Position numbers and translations under genes: made by a program
Notes under the pieces: generated by a model
Seen by the model: only the letters and a program-made list of their open reading frames with translations
Databases searched by the model: none
Told to the model about the DNA's origin: nothing
Shown: positions 1 to 9,784 of the stretch, in pieces
Position numbering within the stretch: the stretch's first letter is position 1
How the letters are laid out: each line of letters opens with the position of its first letter
Origin: Acidobacteriota bacterium
GTDB lineage: Bacteria; Acidobacteriota; UBA890; WLXD01
DNA: 64,000 nt
Direction of reading: 5' to 3'
NCBI GenBank assembly: GCA_012103255.1
Contig: WLXD01000005.1
Location: 115,225-179,224 of the forward strand

Positions 1-2
1 CT

Positions 3-161
3 GGATCCGAAGAACCACAATTCGCGCTGTTTACGCCTGAGCCACATCCGGTCGCTGAGCGCCTCCAGCGCCTCGACCCCGACAGCCTCACGCCGATCGA
101 AGCACTGAACCTGGTTGCTCGGTGGAAGCGTGATTTTGCCGATACGGACGAAGGCGACTGA
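3..161 (+). CDS. mutS: DNA mismatch repair protein MutS, C-terminal fragment (gene starts before window)
   Basis: Frame from nt 3 reads GSEEPQFALFTPEPHPVAERLQRLDPDSLTPIEALNLVARWK...; QxxLF clamp motif plus LDPDxLTPxEAL is the typical MutS C-terminus; TGA at 159-161. Confidence 0.85.
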   Translation, partial: GSEEPQFALFTPEPHPVAERLQRLDPDSLTPIEALNLVARWKRDFADTDEGD

Positions 162-162
162 T

Positions 163-1302
163 ATGACGCTCGCGCTGGGTCTCATTTCAGGCACGTCGAT
201 GGACGGGGTTGATGCGGCCCTGGTGAGGATCTCCGGCGAGGGGCTTCCAGAAGTCGTGGAATACGCCACGTTCCCGTATCCCGAGGGTGTACGTGTCGTT
301 CTGCGTCGCGTACAGCGCGAGGGGCGCCTGGAGGCGCTCGCGCGACTCAACGTTGTTCTTGGCAACGTATTCGCGGAAGCGGCGAACGAGATTCTGCGTC
401 GTAGCGAAACGGTTCCGCAGAAAGTCAGCTGCATCGGGTCTCACGGCCAGACGTTGCTGCATCTCCCGGAGCCCAGTGCCGAGTACGGCGTTCCCGTGCG
501 AGCGACCCTACAGATCGCGGAGAGCGCTGTAATCGCTGCACGCACCGGAGTCGTTACCGTCTCCGATTTCCGTGCCGCGGATATGGTTCTGGGCGGCCAG
601 GGAGCGCCACTCGTTCCGTGGTTGGACTGGAAGCTATATGGCGGCGGGGATCGCGACCGCATTTTGCTCAATCTAGGCGGCGTGGCGAACCTGACCTGGC
701 TGGCGCCGAACTGCGGGTTCGATGACGTGATCGCCTTCGACACCGGACCCGCAAACGTACTGATCGACACGGTGGCTCGGGCTCGGAACTTGCCGGATGG
801 GCGCGATACCGACGGCGCCCTGGCGGCCTCCGGACAGGTCCAGATTGCAGTTCTCGAGGCTCTATTGGCGGATCCCTACTACGACGCGCCCTGGCCGAAA
901 TCCGCCGACGCGGCTCAGTTCGAGTGGCTTCTGCAGAGGCATGAAGACATCGCAACAGAGGATCTTCTGGCCACGGTCACCGAGCTCACGGCGGCCACCG
1001 TGGCCGATGCAGTTGTCGCGTTGGGTGTGCCCGCCGGCGCTGAGATCCTGGTAGCCGGCGGGGGCGTGCACAACGCCAACCTGATGGAGCGTCTCGGCCT
1101 GCGGATGGACGAATACCCCTTCGCTCCGCTCCCAACCGAAGGGCCGGTCCATCCCGATGCCAAGGAGGCAGTTGCCTTCGCGATGATGGCCGTAGAGACG
1201 CTCGCGCGGCGGCCATCGAATGTGCCGGGAGCCACCGGCGCAACGGGCCCGGCTGTGCTTGGGAAAATCGCCTATCCGCCTGCTCCAGCAGGCTCTCTGT
1301 AG
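163..1302 (+). CDS. anmK: Anhydro-N-acetylmuramic acid kinase
   Basis: GLISGTSMDGVD, SHGQT, GGQGAPL, NLGGVAN, FDTGPAN and KEAVAFA motifs; ATG at 163 just after the mutS stop. Confidence 0.93.
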   Translation: MTLALGLISGTSMDGVDAALVRISGEGLPEVVEYATFPYPEGVRVVLRRVQREGRLEALARLNVVLGNVFAEAANEILRRSETVPQKVSCIGSHGQTLLHLPEPSAEYGVPVRATLQIAESAVIAARTGVVTVSDFRAADMVLGGQGAPLVPWLDWKLYGGGDRDRILLNLGGVANLTWLAPNCGFDDVIAFDTGPANVLIDTVARARNLPDGRDTDGALAASGQVQIAVLEALLADPYYDAPWPKSADAAQFEWLLQRHEDIATEDLLATVTELTAATVADAVVALGVPAGAEILVAGGGVHNANLMERLGLRMDEYPFAPLPTEGPVHPDAKEAVAFAMMAVETLARRPSNVPGATGATGPAVLGKIAYPPAPAGSL

Positions 1303-1366
1303 GCCGAAGAGCCCCGTCGGGACCGTGATATAGTTGGTTTTTCCGCGGCCCATAGGTGGAGGAAGT

Positions 1367-2347
1367 ATGCCCGCTCTCGAACCTACGAAGTCACTCTGGC
1401 ACAACGGTGAAATTGTCGCCTGGGATGACGCCAAGATCCACGTCGGGACGCACGTCCTGCACTACGGATCTTCCGTTTTCGAGGGTATTCGCTGCTACAA
1501 GACCGAGCGCGGTTCGGCCGTGTTCCGCCTCGACGAGCACGCTCGTCGACTCGTGGATTCGGCAAAGATCTATCGAATGGACACGGGCTACGACGCCGAC
1601 GCCATCGCGAACGCGTGTCTCGAGACCGTCCGCGCCAACGAGATGGAGCATTGCTACATCCGGCCGATTGCCTTTCGAGGGTTCCACTCGCTCGGCGTGA
1701 ACCCGACCCCCTGCCCGGTGGAGACCTGGGTCATGGTGTGGAAGTGGGGCGCCTACCTCGGTGAGGAAGCACTCGAGGAGGGAGTGGACGTCAAGGTGTC
1801 TACGTGGAGTCGCTCGGCGCCAAACACGATGCCGTTCATGGCCAAGGCGGGCTCGAACTACATGAGCTCCGCGTTGATCAAGATGGAAGCGATCGAAGAG
1901 GGCTATGCGGAAGGCATCGCGCTCAACCCAGAGGGCCATGTTTCCGAGGGCTCCGGCGAGAACGTGTTCGTCGTTCGGGGTGACGTAATTTTCACCCCGC
2001 CACTGGCCGACTCGATCCTGCCCGGAATCACGCGCGACAGCGTGATTACGATGGCGCGCGACCTGGGTTTCGAGGTTCGACAGGAGTCGCTGCCGCGCGA
2101 GTCGCTCTACATCGCCGACGAGGTTTTCTTCACGGGAACCGCCGCCGAGATCACTCCAGTTCGGTCGGTCGATCGCATCACCGTAGGCGCCGGACGGCGC
2201 GGTCCGATCACGGAGCAACTGCAGCAGCACTTCTTCGACATCGTCAAGGGACGGATCGACGATCCGTACGGCTGGCTCACGCCGGTTTACGGAGAAACGC
2301 TGTCAGAGGCGGAAGCGGCCTTCGCCGGAGAACCCGCCGGCGCCTAG
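1367..2347 (+). CDS. ilvE: Branched-chain amino acid aminotransferase (class IV PLP)
   Basis: [40 protein letters not shown]; GGAGG upstream of ATG 1367. Confidence 0.95.
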   Translation: MPALEPTKSLWHNGEIVAWDDAKIHVGTHVLHYGSSVFEGIRCYKTERGSAVFRLDEHARRLVDSAKIYRMDTGYDADAIANACLETVRANEMEHCYIRPIAFRGFHSLGVNPTPCPVETWVMVWKWGAYLGEEALEEGVDVKVSTWSRSAPNTMPFMAKAGSNYMSSALIKMEAIEEGYAEGIALNPEGHVSEGSGENVFVVRGDVIFTPPLADSILPGITRDSVITMARDLGFEVRQESLPRESLYIADEVFFTGTAAEITPVRSVDRITVGAGRRGPITEQLQQHFFDIVKGRIDDPYGWLTPVYGETLSEAEAAFAGEPAGA

Positions 2348-2402
2348 CATCACTTCGATGGTCAGAAGTGGCGTCTGCTGTGCATTGCAGTGAAATAGGG
2401 TT

Positions 2403-2431
2403 TTGAAGTAGGCCTGAGTGCCGTCTATCGT
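2403..2431 (+). promoter_or_regulatory. Putative sigma70 promoter for pilT-recX-alaS (likely leaderless)
   Basis: TTGAAG-17 nt-TATCGT, ending 6 nt before ATG 2438; no SD sequence. Confidence 0.45.
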
Positions 2432-2437
2432 GACGGC

Positions 2438-3565
2438 ATGCAGCTAGACCCCATACTCGCTGAAGCAGTACGCCTCCAGGCTACAGACGTCCACTTGCGC
2501 GTCGGCAGTCCCGCGATCCTCCGCGTGGACGGCGATATCCGTGCGTTTGACGAGACTGCCCTGACCGCGGCAGACACCCGTCAGGCCGTGGAATGGGTTC
2601 TGCGCAACCACCGGGTTGAACTCCAAGCCGGTCGCGAACTCGATATCGGGTACGCCGTAGAAGGACTGGGTCGATTCCGCGCGAACATCTTCACCGAGGG
2701 AGGACAGATCGGCCTCGTGCTGCGCGTCATGCCGCCCTCGCCCAAGGACATTGCTTCGCTGCACTTGCCGAACGTTCTCAGCGAAGTAGCCTGCGAAGAA
2801 CGTGGTCTGGTGCTCGTCACGGGCGTGACAGGTAGCGGTAAGTCGACCACGCTCGCAGCGATGATCGATCATGTGAATCAGCATCTCCGCAAGCACATCG
2901 TCACGGTCGAGGACCCGATCGAATACGTGCACGAGGAGAAGCAGTGCTTGATCACTCAACGCCAGATTGGCGTCGATACGAGCGACTTTGCGATGGCCTT
3001 GCGCGCCGCACTGCGCCAGGATCCGGACGTGATTCTTATCGGTGAGATGCGAGATCGCGAGACCATCGATTCGGCGCTGTTGGCTGCCGAGACTGGTCAC
3101 ATGGTGTTCTCGACGCTGCACACCGTCGACGCGTACGAAACGATCAGCCGTATTCTCGCGACCTATCCGCCGCACCAGCAACAGCAGGTCCGTACTCAGA
3201 TGGCAGACGTGCTGCGTGCTGTGGTTTCGCAGCGACTCTTGCCTCACGCCTCCGGTTCCGGCCTCGTGCCGGCTGTTGAGATTCTGATCAACACCAAGTT
3301 TGTCTCCGAGTGCATACGTGACGAGAAGCGCACCCACCGTCTGACCGACGTGATGGCGGATGGCGCGGCTCAGTACGGCATGCAGACGTTTGATCAGTCG
3401 CTACTGGCCCTGGTCGAGAACCAGTTCATCACCGAAGAGGTCGCGATCGCCGCGGCCACCAGCCCGAACGACCTCAAGCTACAACTTCGCGGTATCGTGA
3501 ACTCGATGCAAGCAAGGAAAGTAGCTACAGGTACGGTCGGGCTTGGACCCGCCGGCTCGATGTGA
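2438..3565 (+). CDS. pilT: PilT/PilU-family type IV pilus retraction ATPase
   Basis: GRFRANIF, Walker A GVTGSGKST, TVEDPIE, ALRQDPDVILIGEMRD, AETGHMVFSTLHT, GMQTFDQSL. Confidence 0.9.
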   Translation: MQLDPILAEAVRLQATDVHLRVGSPAILRVDGDIRAFDETALTAADTRQAVEWVLRNHRVELQAGRELDIGYAVEGLGRFRANIFTEGGQIGLVLRVMPPSPKDIASLHLPNVLSEVACEERGLVLVTGVTGSGKSTTLAAMIDHVNQHLRKHIVTVEDPIEYVHEEKQCLITQRQIGVDTSDFAMALRAALRQDPDVILIGEMRDRETIDSALLAAETGHMVFSTLHTVDAYETISRILATYPPHQQQQVRTQMADVLRAVVSQRLLPHASGSGLVPAVEILINTKFVSECIRDEKRTHRLTDVMADGAAQYGMQTFDQSLLALVENQFITEEVAIAAATSPNDLKLQLRGIVNSMQARKVATGTVGLGPAGSM

Positions 3566-4050
3566 CGGGCGGAGCGCCTCGAGGGGCGCTCGCCGACGCA
3601 CTGGCACTGCTGGGACGTCGTGACTTCACCGAGAGCAAGTTGCGTGAGCGACTTCTCAAGCGTGGCCACGATGAGCAAGACGCCGATGCGGCTGTCGTCC
3701 GGTGCCGCGAGTACGGCTACGTTGACGATCGGGCATGGGGCGCCGCGCGCGCAACGGAGCTCTTCCGCCGCAAACCGGTAGGCCGTAAGGGCCTGCTGCA
3801 TGACTTGCAGCGCCAGGGGATCCCCCGGACAATGGCCGAACAGGTCGCCGACGACGCCTACGCCGAGCATGGCGGGGAGCGCGCGGTTCTGGCGGATGCC
3901 CTGCAGCGTTGGGTGGATCGAAGCGGCCCGCCGGCCGACTGGCGATCAATCCGCCGTTGTTCGGGTCATCTCCAACGGCGTGGCTTCGCCGCGGGTGACG
4001 TCCAGGCGGCTCTCTCACCCTGGCTTGATGATGTGAGCACCCGAGGCTGA
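3562..4050 (+). CDS. recX: Regulatory protein RecX
   Basis: LLGRRDFTESKLRERL, GYVDD, LQRQGI, LQRRGF helical repeats; GTGA overlap with pilT; upstream of alaS. Confidence 0.85.
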   Translation: MTGGAPRGALADALALLGRRDFTESKLRERLLKRGHDEQDADAAVVRCREYGYVDDRAWGAARATELFRRKPVGRKGLLHDLQRQGIPRTMAEQVADDAYAEHGGERAVLADALQRWVDRSGPPADWRSIRRCSGHLQRRGFAAGDVQAALSPWLDDVSTRG

Positions 4051-4052
4051 AC

Positions 4053-6698
4053 GTGACTTTCACCAGCGACGAGATTCGCCAGCAATTCATCGACTTCTTC
4101 GTCGAACGCGGTCACACCGAGGTGGCGTCGGGAAGCCTGATTCCTGCCGACGACCCGACACTCCTGTTCACCAACGCCGGGATGAACCAGTTCAAGTCGG
4201 TTTTCCTCGGCGAAGTCGAACGGAGCTATCCACGTGCAGTGACTTCGCAGAAGTGCATGCGTGTGTCGGGCAAGCACAACGATCTCGAGAACGTGGGCCC
4301 GTCCCTCTACCACCACACGTTCTTCGAGATGTTGGGGAACTTCTCGTTCGGTGACTACTTCAAGGAAGAGGCCATCAGGCTTGCCTGGGAGTTGTTCACC
4401 GAGGTGTTCAAGCTGGACAAGGAACGCCTGTGGGCGACCGTCTACACCGACGATGACGAAGCTGCGGAGTTGTGGGTGCGGGAGACGGACGTTCCCGCTT
4501 CACGTGTGGTTCGCCTCGGGCGGAAAGACAACTACTGGTCGATGGGTGACACGGGGCCCTGCGGGCCGTGCTCGGAGCTCCACTACGACTACGACCTGGA
4601 CTCCCTTGGAGCCACGGATGAGCCGGACTTTGACTCCGACCGATTTGTCGAACTGTGGAACCTGGTGTTCATGCAGTTCAACGCAGGCGCTGACGGCGAG
4701 GTAGCACCGCTACCGAGCCCGAACATCGACACCGGCGCCGGACTCGAGCGTCTCGTGGCTGTCCTCAACGGCACGCGTTCCAACTACGAGACCGACCTGT
4801 TCCAGCCGCTGATTCGGTCCGTGGCGTCGCCGCGGGGCGTCGTATACGGCAGCGACGACGAGACCGATGTGGCGTTGAGAGCTATCGCCGACCACAGCCG
4901 CGCACTTTCGTTCCTGCTCAGCGACGGTGTGATGCCAGCCAACGAGGGGCGCGGCTACGTGCTCCGCCGTCTACTGCGCCGCGCCATGCGCTTTGGGATG
5001 AAACTCGGCTACGACACGCCGTTCCTGCACTCGGCCACCGGTGTGGTCATTGACCAGATGGGCTCGACCTATCCCGAACTCAAGGAACACGCCGAAGTCA
5101 TTGGCCGCGTCGTGAAAGGGGAGGAAGACCGATTCCTTTCGACGCTTGCGTCCGGATCGGGGAAGTTCAACGACCTCATCGCCGACCTCCGTAGCCGAGA
5201 TGAGTCGGTGATTCCGGGCGATCAGGCGTTTCGTCTCTACGATACGCACGGTCTGCCGATCGAGATGACGCGCGAGTTTGCGACTGCCGAGAACATGACG
5301 GTCGACGAAGCCGGTTTCTCTGAAGCTCTGGAGGCTCAGCGATCGCGCGGCCGATCGGCTTGGAAGGGGAGTGGCGACGATGCGTTCCGTGAACTCGTCC
5401 GCAAGCTCGGCGCGGAGCACGGGCCGACGGAGTTCCTGGCCTATTCGCACTCTGCACTCGAAGGAGCAGAGGTGCTGGCGCTCGTTCGCGACGGTGAACT
5501 CGTGGACTCGCTAGAAGACACAGATGACGGGTTCGTCGTGCTCGACCGCACGCCGTTCTATGCCGAGTCTGGCGGTCAGGTTGGGGACACTGGCGAGATC
5601 ACAGGCCCGAGCGGCTCCGCTCAGGTGGGCGACACCCAGCGGCCGGCTGCCGGTGTCATCGTCCATAGTGTGACCGTGGCCCGTGGCCGTGTAGCGGTCG
5701 GTGATCGGGTTAGCGCGACGATCGACGCGAAGCGCCGCGAAGACATCAAGCGGAATCACACTGCGACGCACCTGCTTCACGCCGCGCTACGCAATCAGCT
5801 GGGCGAGCACGTGCGCCAGGCGGGATCGCTGGTGGAGCCCGACCGACTCCGGTTCGACTTCACGCACTTCGAGCCTGTCGAGGTGGAGCAGATCGAGTCG
5901 CTCGAGACCGCTGTGAACCTCGACGTGCGTGCTGACGGACCGGTCGAGACGGAGGAGATGGCGTACGACACGGCGATCGACCGCGGCGCACTGGCGTTCT
6001 TCGGCGAGAAGTACGGAGATGACGTGCGCGTCGTGAACGTTCCGGGCGTGTCTATGGAGCTCTGCGGCGGCATCCACGTGGCGCGAACGGGTGAGATCGG
6101 CATGATGGCTATTCAACGTGAAGAGAGCGTCGCCGCCGGAACTCGTCGTATCGAGGCCGTCACAGGAGAACGTGCGGTCGCGGCACTGCAGCACTATCGG
6201 CAGCTAGTTCGTGGCGCTGCAACGCGGGCGCGGACCCAGGAGGACACGCTCGAGGAAAGCATCGGCAAGCTGGTTGATCGGGCCGCTAGCGCCGAGAGAG
6301 AGGTCGAGGATCTGCGACTGAAGCTCGCCTCGCAGGGCGGCGGAGCGGGCGACTCCGACGAAGTAGAGGTCGCCGGGATCCGCGTCGTGAGACAACTGGT
6401 GCAGGACCTCGACGGCGGCGGCATGCGCCAGCTCGTCGACGAGGTCAAGAACCGGATCGGCTCTGGAATCGTGGTGCTCGGTTCGCAGCGTGGCGGCAAG
6501 GCCGCGCTGGCCGTTGGGGTAACCGACGACCTCACCGACCGCATCGGGGCCGGTGACATCGTCAATCGCGTGGCGCCCGTCATGGGTGGCGGTGGTGGCG
6601 GTCACAAAGGTATGGCGCAGGCTGGTGGTCCAGACGCAGCAAAAGTCACTGCTGCTCTCGAACAGTCTCCAGAACTGATCGGCGATCTGCTAGAGTAG
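4053..6698 (+). CDS. alaS: Alanine--tRNA ligase
   Basis: DPTLLFTNAGMNQFK, HHTFFEMLGNFSFGDYFK, TPFYAESGGQVGD, HTATHLLH, ELCGGxHV, C-terminal GGGGG. Confidence 0.98.
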   Translation: MTFTSDEIRQQFIDFFVERGHTEVASGSLIPADDPTLLFTNAGMNQFKSVFLGEVERSYPRAVTSQKCMRVSGKHNDLENVGPSLYHHTFFEMLGNFSFGDYFKEEAIRLAWELFTEVFKLDKERLWATVYTDDDEAAELWVRETDVPASRVVRLGRKDNYWSMGDTGPCGPCSELHYDYDLDSLGATDEPDFDSDRFVELWNLVFMQFNAGADGEVAPLPSPNIDTGAGLERLVAVLNGTRSNYETDLFQPLIRSVASPRGVVYGSDDETDVALRAIADHSRALSFLLSDGVMPANEGRGYVLRRLLRRAMRFGMKLGYDTPFLHSATGVVIDQMGSTYPELKEHAEVIGRVVKGEEDRFLSTLASGSGKFNDLIADLRSRDESVIPGDQAFRLYDTHGLPIEMTREFATAENMTVDEAGFSEALEAQRSRGRSAWKGSGDDAFRELVRKLGAEHGPTEFLAYSHSALEGAEVLALVRDGELVDSLEDTDDGFVVLDRTPFYAESGGQVGDTGEITGPSGSAQVGDTQRPAAGVIVHSVTVARGRVAVGDRVSATIDAKRREDIKRNHTATHLLHAALRNQLGEHVRQAGSLVEPDRLRFDFTHFEPVEVEQIESLETAVNLDVRADGPVETEEMAYDTAIDRGALAFFGEKYGDDVRVVNVPGVSMELCGGIHVARTGEIGMMAIQREESVAAGTRRIEAVTGERAVAALQHYRQLVRGAATRARTQEDTLEESIGKLVDRAASAEREVEDLRLKLASQGGGAGDSDEVEVAGIRVVRQLVQDLDGGGMRQLVDEVKNRIGSGIVVLGSQRGGKAALAVGVTDDLTDRIGAGDIVNRVAPVMGGGGGGHKGMAQAGGPDAAKVTAALEQSPELIGDLLE

Positions 6699-6789
6699 AT
6701 CGCAGAACGGCTTGAAGTGGTTCTGCGGTCGTACAGGCCCTGAACTGCGGGGGCGCTGTTTCTGACGAGGGGGGCCGAGGTGTCACGTC

Positions 6790-7398
6790 GTGTGCCTTGC
6801 ACAGTGGAGCTTTTCATCTAGCGGGCGCCAGCCTGCCTGGTTACTCCTTGCAACGTTCCTCTGTCTGCTGCCGGCAGGACTTGCCGAGGCACAGATCTGG
6901 GTCGTTACCGAGGCGGATGGTTCGCAGCGCTTCACGACCGAACCCGAGCCCGGAGCCGAGGTGTACATGCGGACGCGCCACGGCGCCCGCCGCCGTCCGA
7001 ACGTCACGGTTCCCTATGGCGACTCCATCCTGAACGCCGCGAGCGACACCGGGGTGGAGCCGGCTCTGATCACCGCGGTGATCCAGGCCGAGTCGAACTT
7101 CGACCCGCAGGCGCTCTCGTCCAAGGGCGCCCAGGGTCTCATGCAACTCATGCCGGAGACCGCCGAGGAGCTGGGCGTCCGCGATGTCTGGAACCCGGAG
7201 CAGAACATCCGCGGTGGAACAACTCACCTTGCACGACTTCTCGGGAAGTACGACGACGTCACCCTTGCGCTCGCGGCATACAACGCCGGCGAGGGGACCG
7301 TAGATCGTCACGGGGGCATTCCCCCGTTCCGTGAAACGCAACAGTACGTCGATCGCGTGTTGACGTACTACCGGTCGTACCAAGGCACCAACAACTAG
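6790..7398 (+). CDS. Lytic transglycosylase, SLT family, secreted (start uncertain)
   Basis: AVIQAESNFDP, GAQGLMQLMP, LALAAYNAGEG, PPFRETQQYV; N-terminal signal-like segment. Confidence 0.9.
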   Translation: MCLAQWSFSSSGRQPAWLLLATFLCLLPAGLAEAQIWVVTEADGSQRFTTEPEPGAEVYMRTRHGARRRPNVTVPYGDSILNAASDTGVEPALITAVIQAESNFDPQALSSKGAQGLMQLMPETAEELGVRDVWNPEQNIRGGTTHLARLLGKYDDVTLALAAYNAGEGTVDRHGGIPPFRETQQYVDRVLTYYRSYQGTNN

Positions 7399-7473
7399 CC
7401 TGAATATCTGAGGCCGATCCAAACTGTTCAGAAGTGACTAGAGGTGACTAGTAATCATCTGATCTTGCGTCTG

Positions 7474-7503
7474 TTGCAGTCATTGCACTTTTCGTCTTAT
7501 ACT
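7474..7503 (+). promoter_or_regulatory. Putative sigma70 promoter for the amidase gene
   Basis: TTGCAG-18 nt-TATACT in an AT-rich intergenic region. Confidence 0.5.
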
Positions 7504-7575
7504 CTGGCGCTGAGTCTCTTCCGGGGCGGAAGCAGTCTAGAGTTGATTTGAGGGCGGCAGGGCGGAATCCTTGCC

Positions 7576-9336
7576 ATGAAGCGTCAACGAACCCTGTTCG
7601 TGATGGCCATCATCGGCGTGTTGCTCTACACGCCGAATGCCGGCGCGCGGTCCGAGACCGCCGAGACGATCTTCGAACGCGCAGAAACGCTCTATCGACA
7701 GTTGCGTCAGGTCGACCCCGATTGCGCCGACGCGGACGCGTGGACGAGTCTGGTCGGAGCCTTCGGCCGCATCCCGGCCGAGTACCCGACCAATCACCTT
7801 GCTGGCGATGCCCTATGGCGAGTAGGGGACATCCACACGCGAATGGCCGCGGCAGGCAACGGCACATCGGCCCGCGCGGCGGTGGTGGCCTATAGCGCGC
7901 TCACCAACCGCTATCCCGGGAGCACTTACGCGCCAGAGGCCTACCTGCGACTCGGTGACCTGTCTGAGGGCCGCGTTGCCGAGGCGTACTACGTGCAGTT
8001 GCGCGAGGCGCACCCGACGTCGCCGCAGGCCGAGGTAGCAGGCCGCCGGCTCGAAGGCATTCACGAAGCGCGCGGCCTGGCCGCGTCTGATACCGGTCGA
8101 CTCGAACCCTCGACCTCGGACGCCGACGCCGTCGGCTCCGACGAGTCGCCGCAGCCGCTCGGAAGCGAGTTGGAGGCGTTGCCCACCCCCGCCTCCGACA
8201 CGCTCTCCGAGCGGCGCACTTTTGATGAGGATCCCGCACCCGTGGTGCCCGAGATGGGGCAGCTATTTGGAGTGCGGCATTTCTCAGATTCCACGCACAC
8301 TCGGATCGTCTTCGACCTGGATCGTGCTCTTCAGCACCGCATGGGCGAGGTGTCCTCGCCACCGCGGGTCTTTATCGACCTGATCGGTGCCGAGCTTCCG
8401 GCAGATCTACCGCGTCAGTTGGAGATCGCCGGAACTGGAGTGCAGCAGATCCGGATGGCGGTGAATCGCCCCGGTGTTGTACGGGCTGTTCTCGACCTCG
8501 AATCCGCCGCCGGATACAGCATCTTCACGCTCTCCAACCCGCACCGACTGGTTCTCGACGTGCCGAGCCCGGAAATCTCCGAACAGTTGTCGACCGCCCG
8601 TCGGCCGCCAGCTCCGGAAGGGGGCGGTGAGGCGCGTCAGCTTGGATTCGGTATCCGCCGCATCGTCATCGACCCGGGACATGGCGGGACGGCGCCAGGC
8701 GCGATCGGCAAGGGCGGCCACACGGAGAAGGAACTGGCGCTCGATATCTCCAAGCGATTGGCGGACAACCTGCGCGGCGGTGGCTACGAGGTGCTCATGA
8801 CTCGTCAAGGCGACGAGTCGGTTGCGCTGGAGGAGCGTTCTAGTTTCGCCACACGTCAGAACGCCGATATGTTCGTGTCGATTCACATCAACTCGAGCAG
8901 CAACCGGAATCTCTCCGGGTTCGAGACTTACTACCTCGATCTCGCGACGGACCCTACGGCGGCGGAAACCGCCTTCCGTGAAAACGACATGGTTGAGGGC
9001 GGTATCGGTAACCTCGAAGAGGTGCTCGACGATATCGTCAAGAACGCGAACAAGCGTGAATCGAGAGACCTCGCGCAAGCAATCCAAGACAGTCTGGTCG
9101 TTCAAACCAGCAAGTCGTACTCGGACGTTCGCGATCTTGGAGTGAAGCACGCTCCGTTTGTGGTGTTGCTCGGTGCGCGCATGCCGGCCGTGCTGGTCGA
9201 GTGCTCATTCCTGAGCCACCGGGACGAAGAGGCCAGACTGCGTGATCCGGAGTACCGGCAGCAGGTCGCGGACGCCATCTACATCGGCATCGCGAACTAC
9301 GGCGCGCGTCGACGGATGATGACCGCCGACTACTGA
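7576..9336 (+). CDS. N-acetylmuramoyl-L-alanine amidase (signal peptide, TPR-like region, AMIN domains, Amidase_3)
   Basis: IVIDPGHGG, EKELAL, FVSIHIN, MPAVLVECSFLS; AMIN-like TRIVFDL/PPRVFIDL/RAVLDL/PHRLVLD. Confidence 0.92.
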   Translation: MKRQRTLFVMAIIGVLLYTPNAGARSETAETIFERAETLYRQLRQVDPDCADADAWTSLVGAFGRIPAEYPTNHLAGDALWRVGDIHTRMAAAGNGTSARAAVVAYSALTNRYPGSTYAPEAYLRLGDLSEGRVAEAYYVQLREAHPTSPQAEVAGRRLEGIHEARGLAASDTGRLEPSTSDADAVGSDESPQPLGSELEALPTPASDTLSERRTFDEDPAPVVPEMGQLFGVRHFSDSTHTRIVFDLDRALQHRMGEVSSPPRVFIDLIGAELPADLPRQLEIAGTGVQQIRMAVNRPGVVRAVLDLESAAGYSIFTLSNPHRLVLDVPSPEISEQLSTARRPPAPEGGGEARQLGFGIRRIVIDPGHGGTAPGAIGKGGHTEKELALDISKRLADNLRGGGYEVLMTRQGDESVALEERSSFATRQNADMFVSIHINSSSNRNLSGFETYYLDLATDPTAAETAFRENDMVEGGIGNLEEVLDDIVKNANKRESRDLAQAIQDSLVVQTSKSYSDVRDLGVKHAPFVVLLGARMPAVLVECSFLSHRDEEARLRDPEYRQQVADAIYIGIANYGARRRMMTADY

Positions 9337-9698
9337 GGAGCTCCGCTCGGGACGAACGTTGCGCTGAAGCCGGCGGCTTCACCGATGGTGACCTCGACGA
9401 GCCGATGATCCAAGAAGGCGGAGTCGAATTCCGCCGCAAGGTGACGCGCGACGTGTTCCGCGGTTGGACTGACGTCTCCGTATGGCGGCACATCGTTCAG
9501 ACTGCGCCCGCGATGACGTCCAACCCATGTCTCCAGCCATTGCCGGACGTCCGCGGCCGCGCGCATGGTGTCGCGTGCTTCGAAGCGCACACAGGCACGC
9601 CAGTGATGCACGTGAACAGGCTCCTGCGTACCGGCATCATCGATACGGATGCGGTGTGCGGCAGGGAAACTGTCGTAGACTGCGATCAGTTCCGGCAT
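9330..9698 (-). CDS. 6-pyruvoyl-tetrahydropterin synthase / QueD-family protein (divergent)
   Basis: FPAAH, EPVHVHHW, LND, SPTAEHVA, VTIGE match the PTPS/QueD T-fold pattern. Confidence 0.75.
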   Translation of the reverse strand: MPELIAVYDSFPAAHRIRIDDAGTQEPVHVHHWRACVRFEARDTMRAAADVRQWLETWVGRHRGRSLNDVPPYGDVSPTAEHVARHLAAEFDSAFLDHRLVEVTIGEAAGFSATFVPSGAPQ

Positions 9699-9784
9699 GC
9701 GTTCCTCGGGGCAGGGGACATTCGGAATATTAATCGAACGGCCGGACGACTAGAATCGCGAATATCCGGACCGGGATCGCCACT

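Noticed and set aside
163-9336. anmK, lytic transglycosylase and amidase as a dedicated peptidoglycan-recycling cluster
   Set aside because: Functionally coherent but separated by unrelated genes and probable separate promoters; proximity alone is weak evidence
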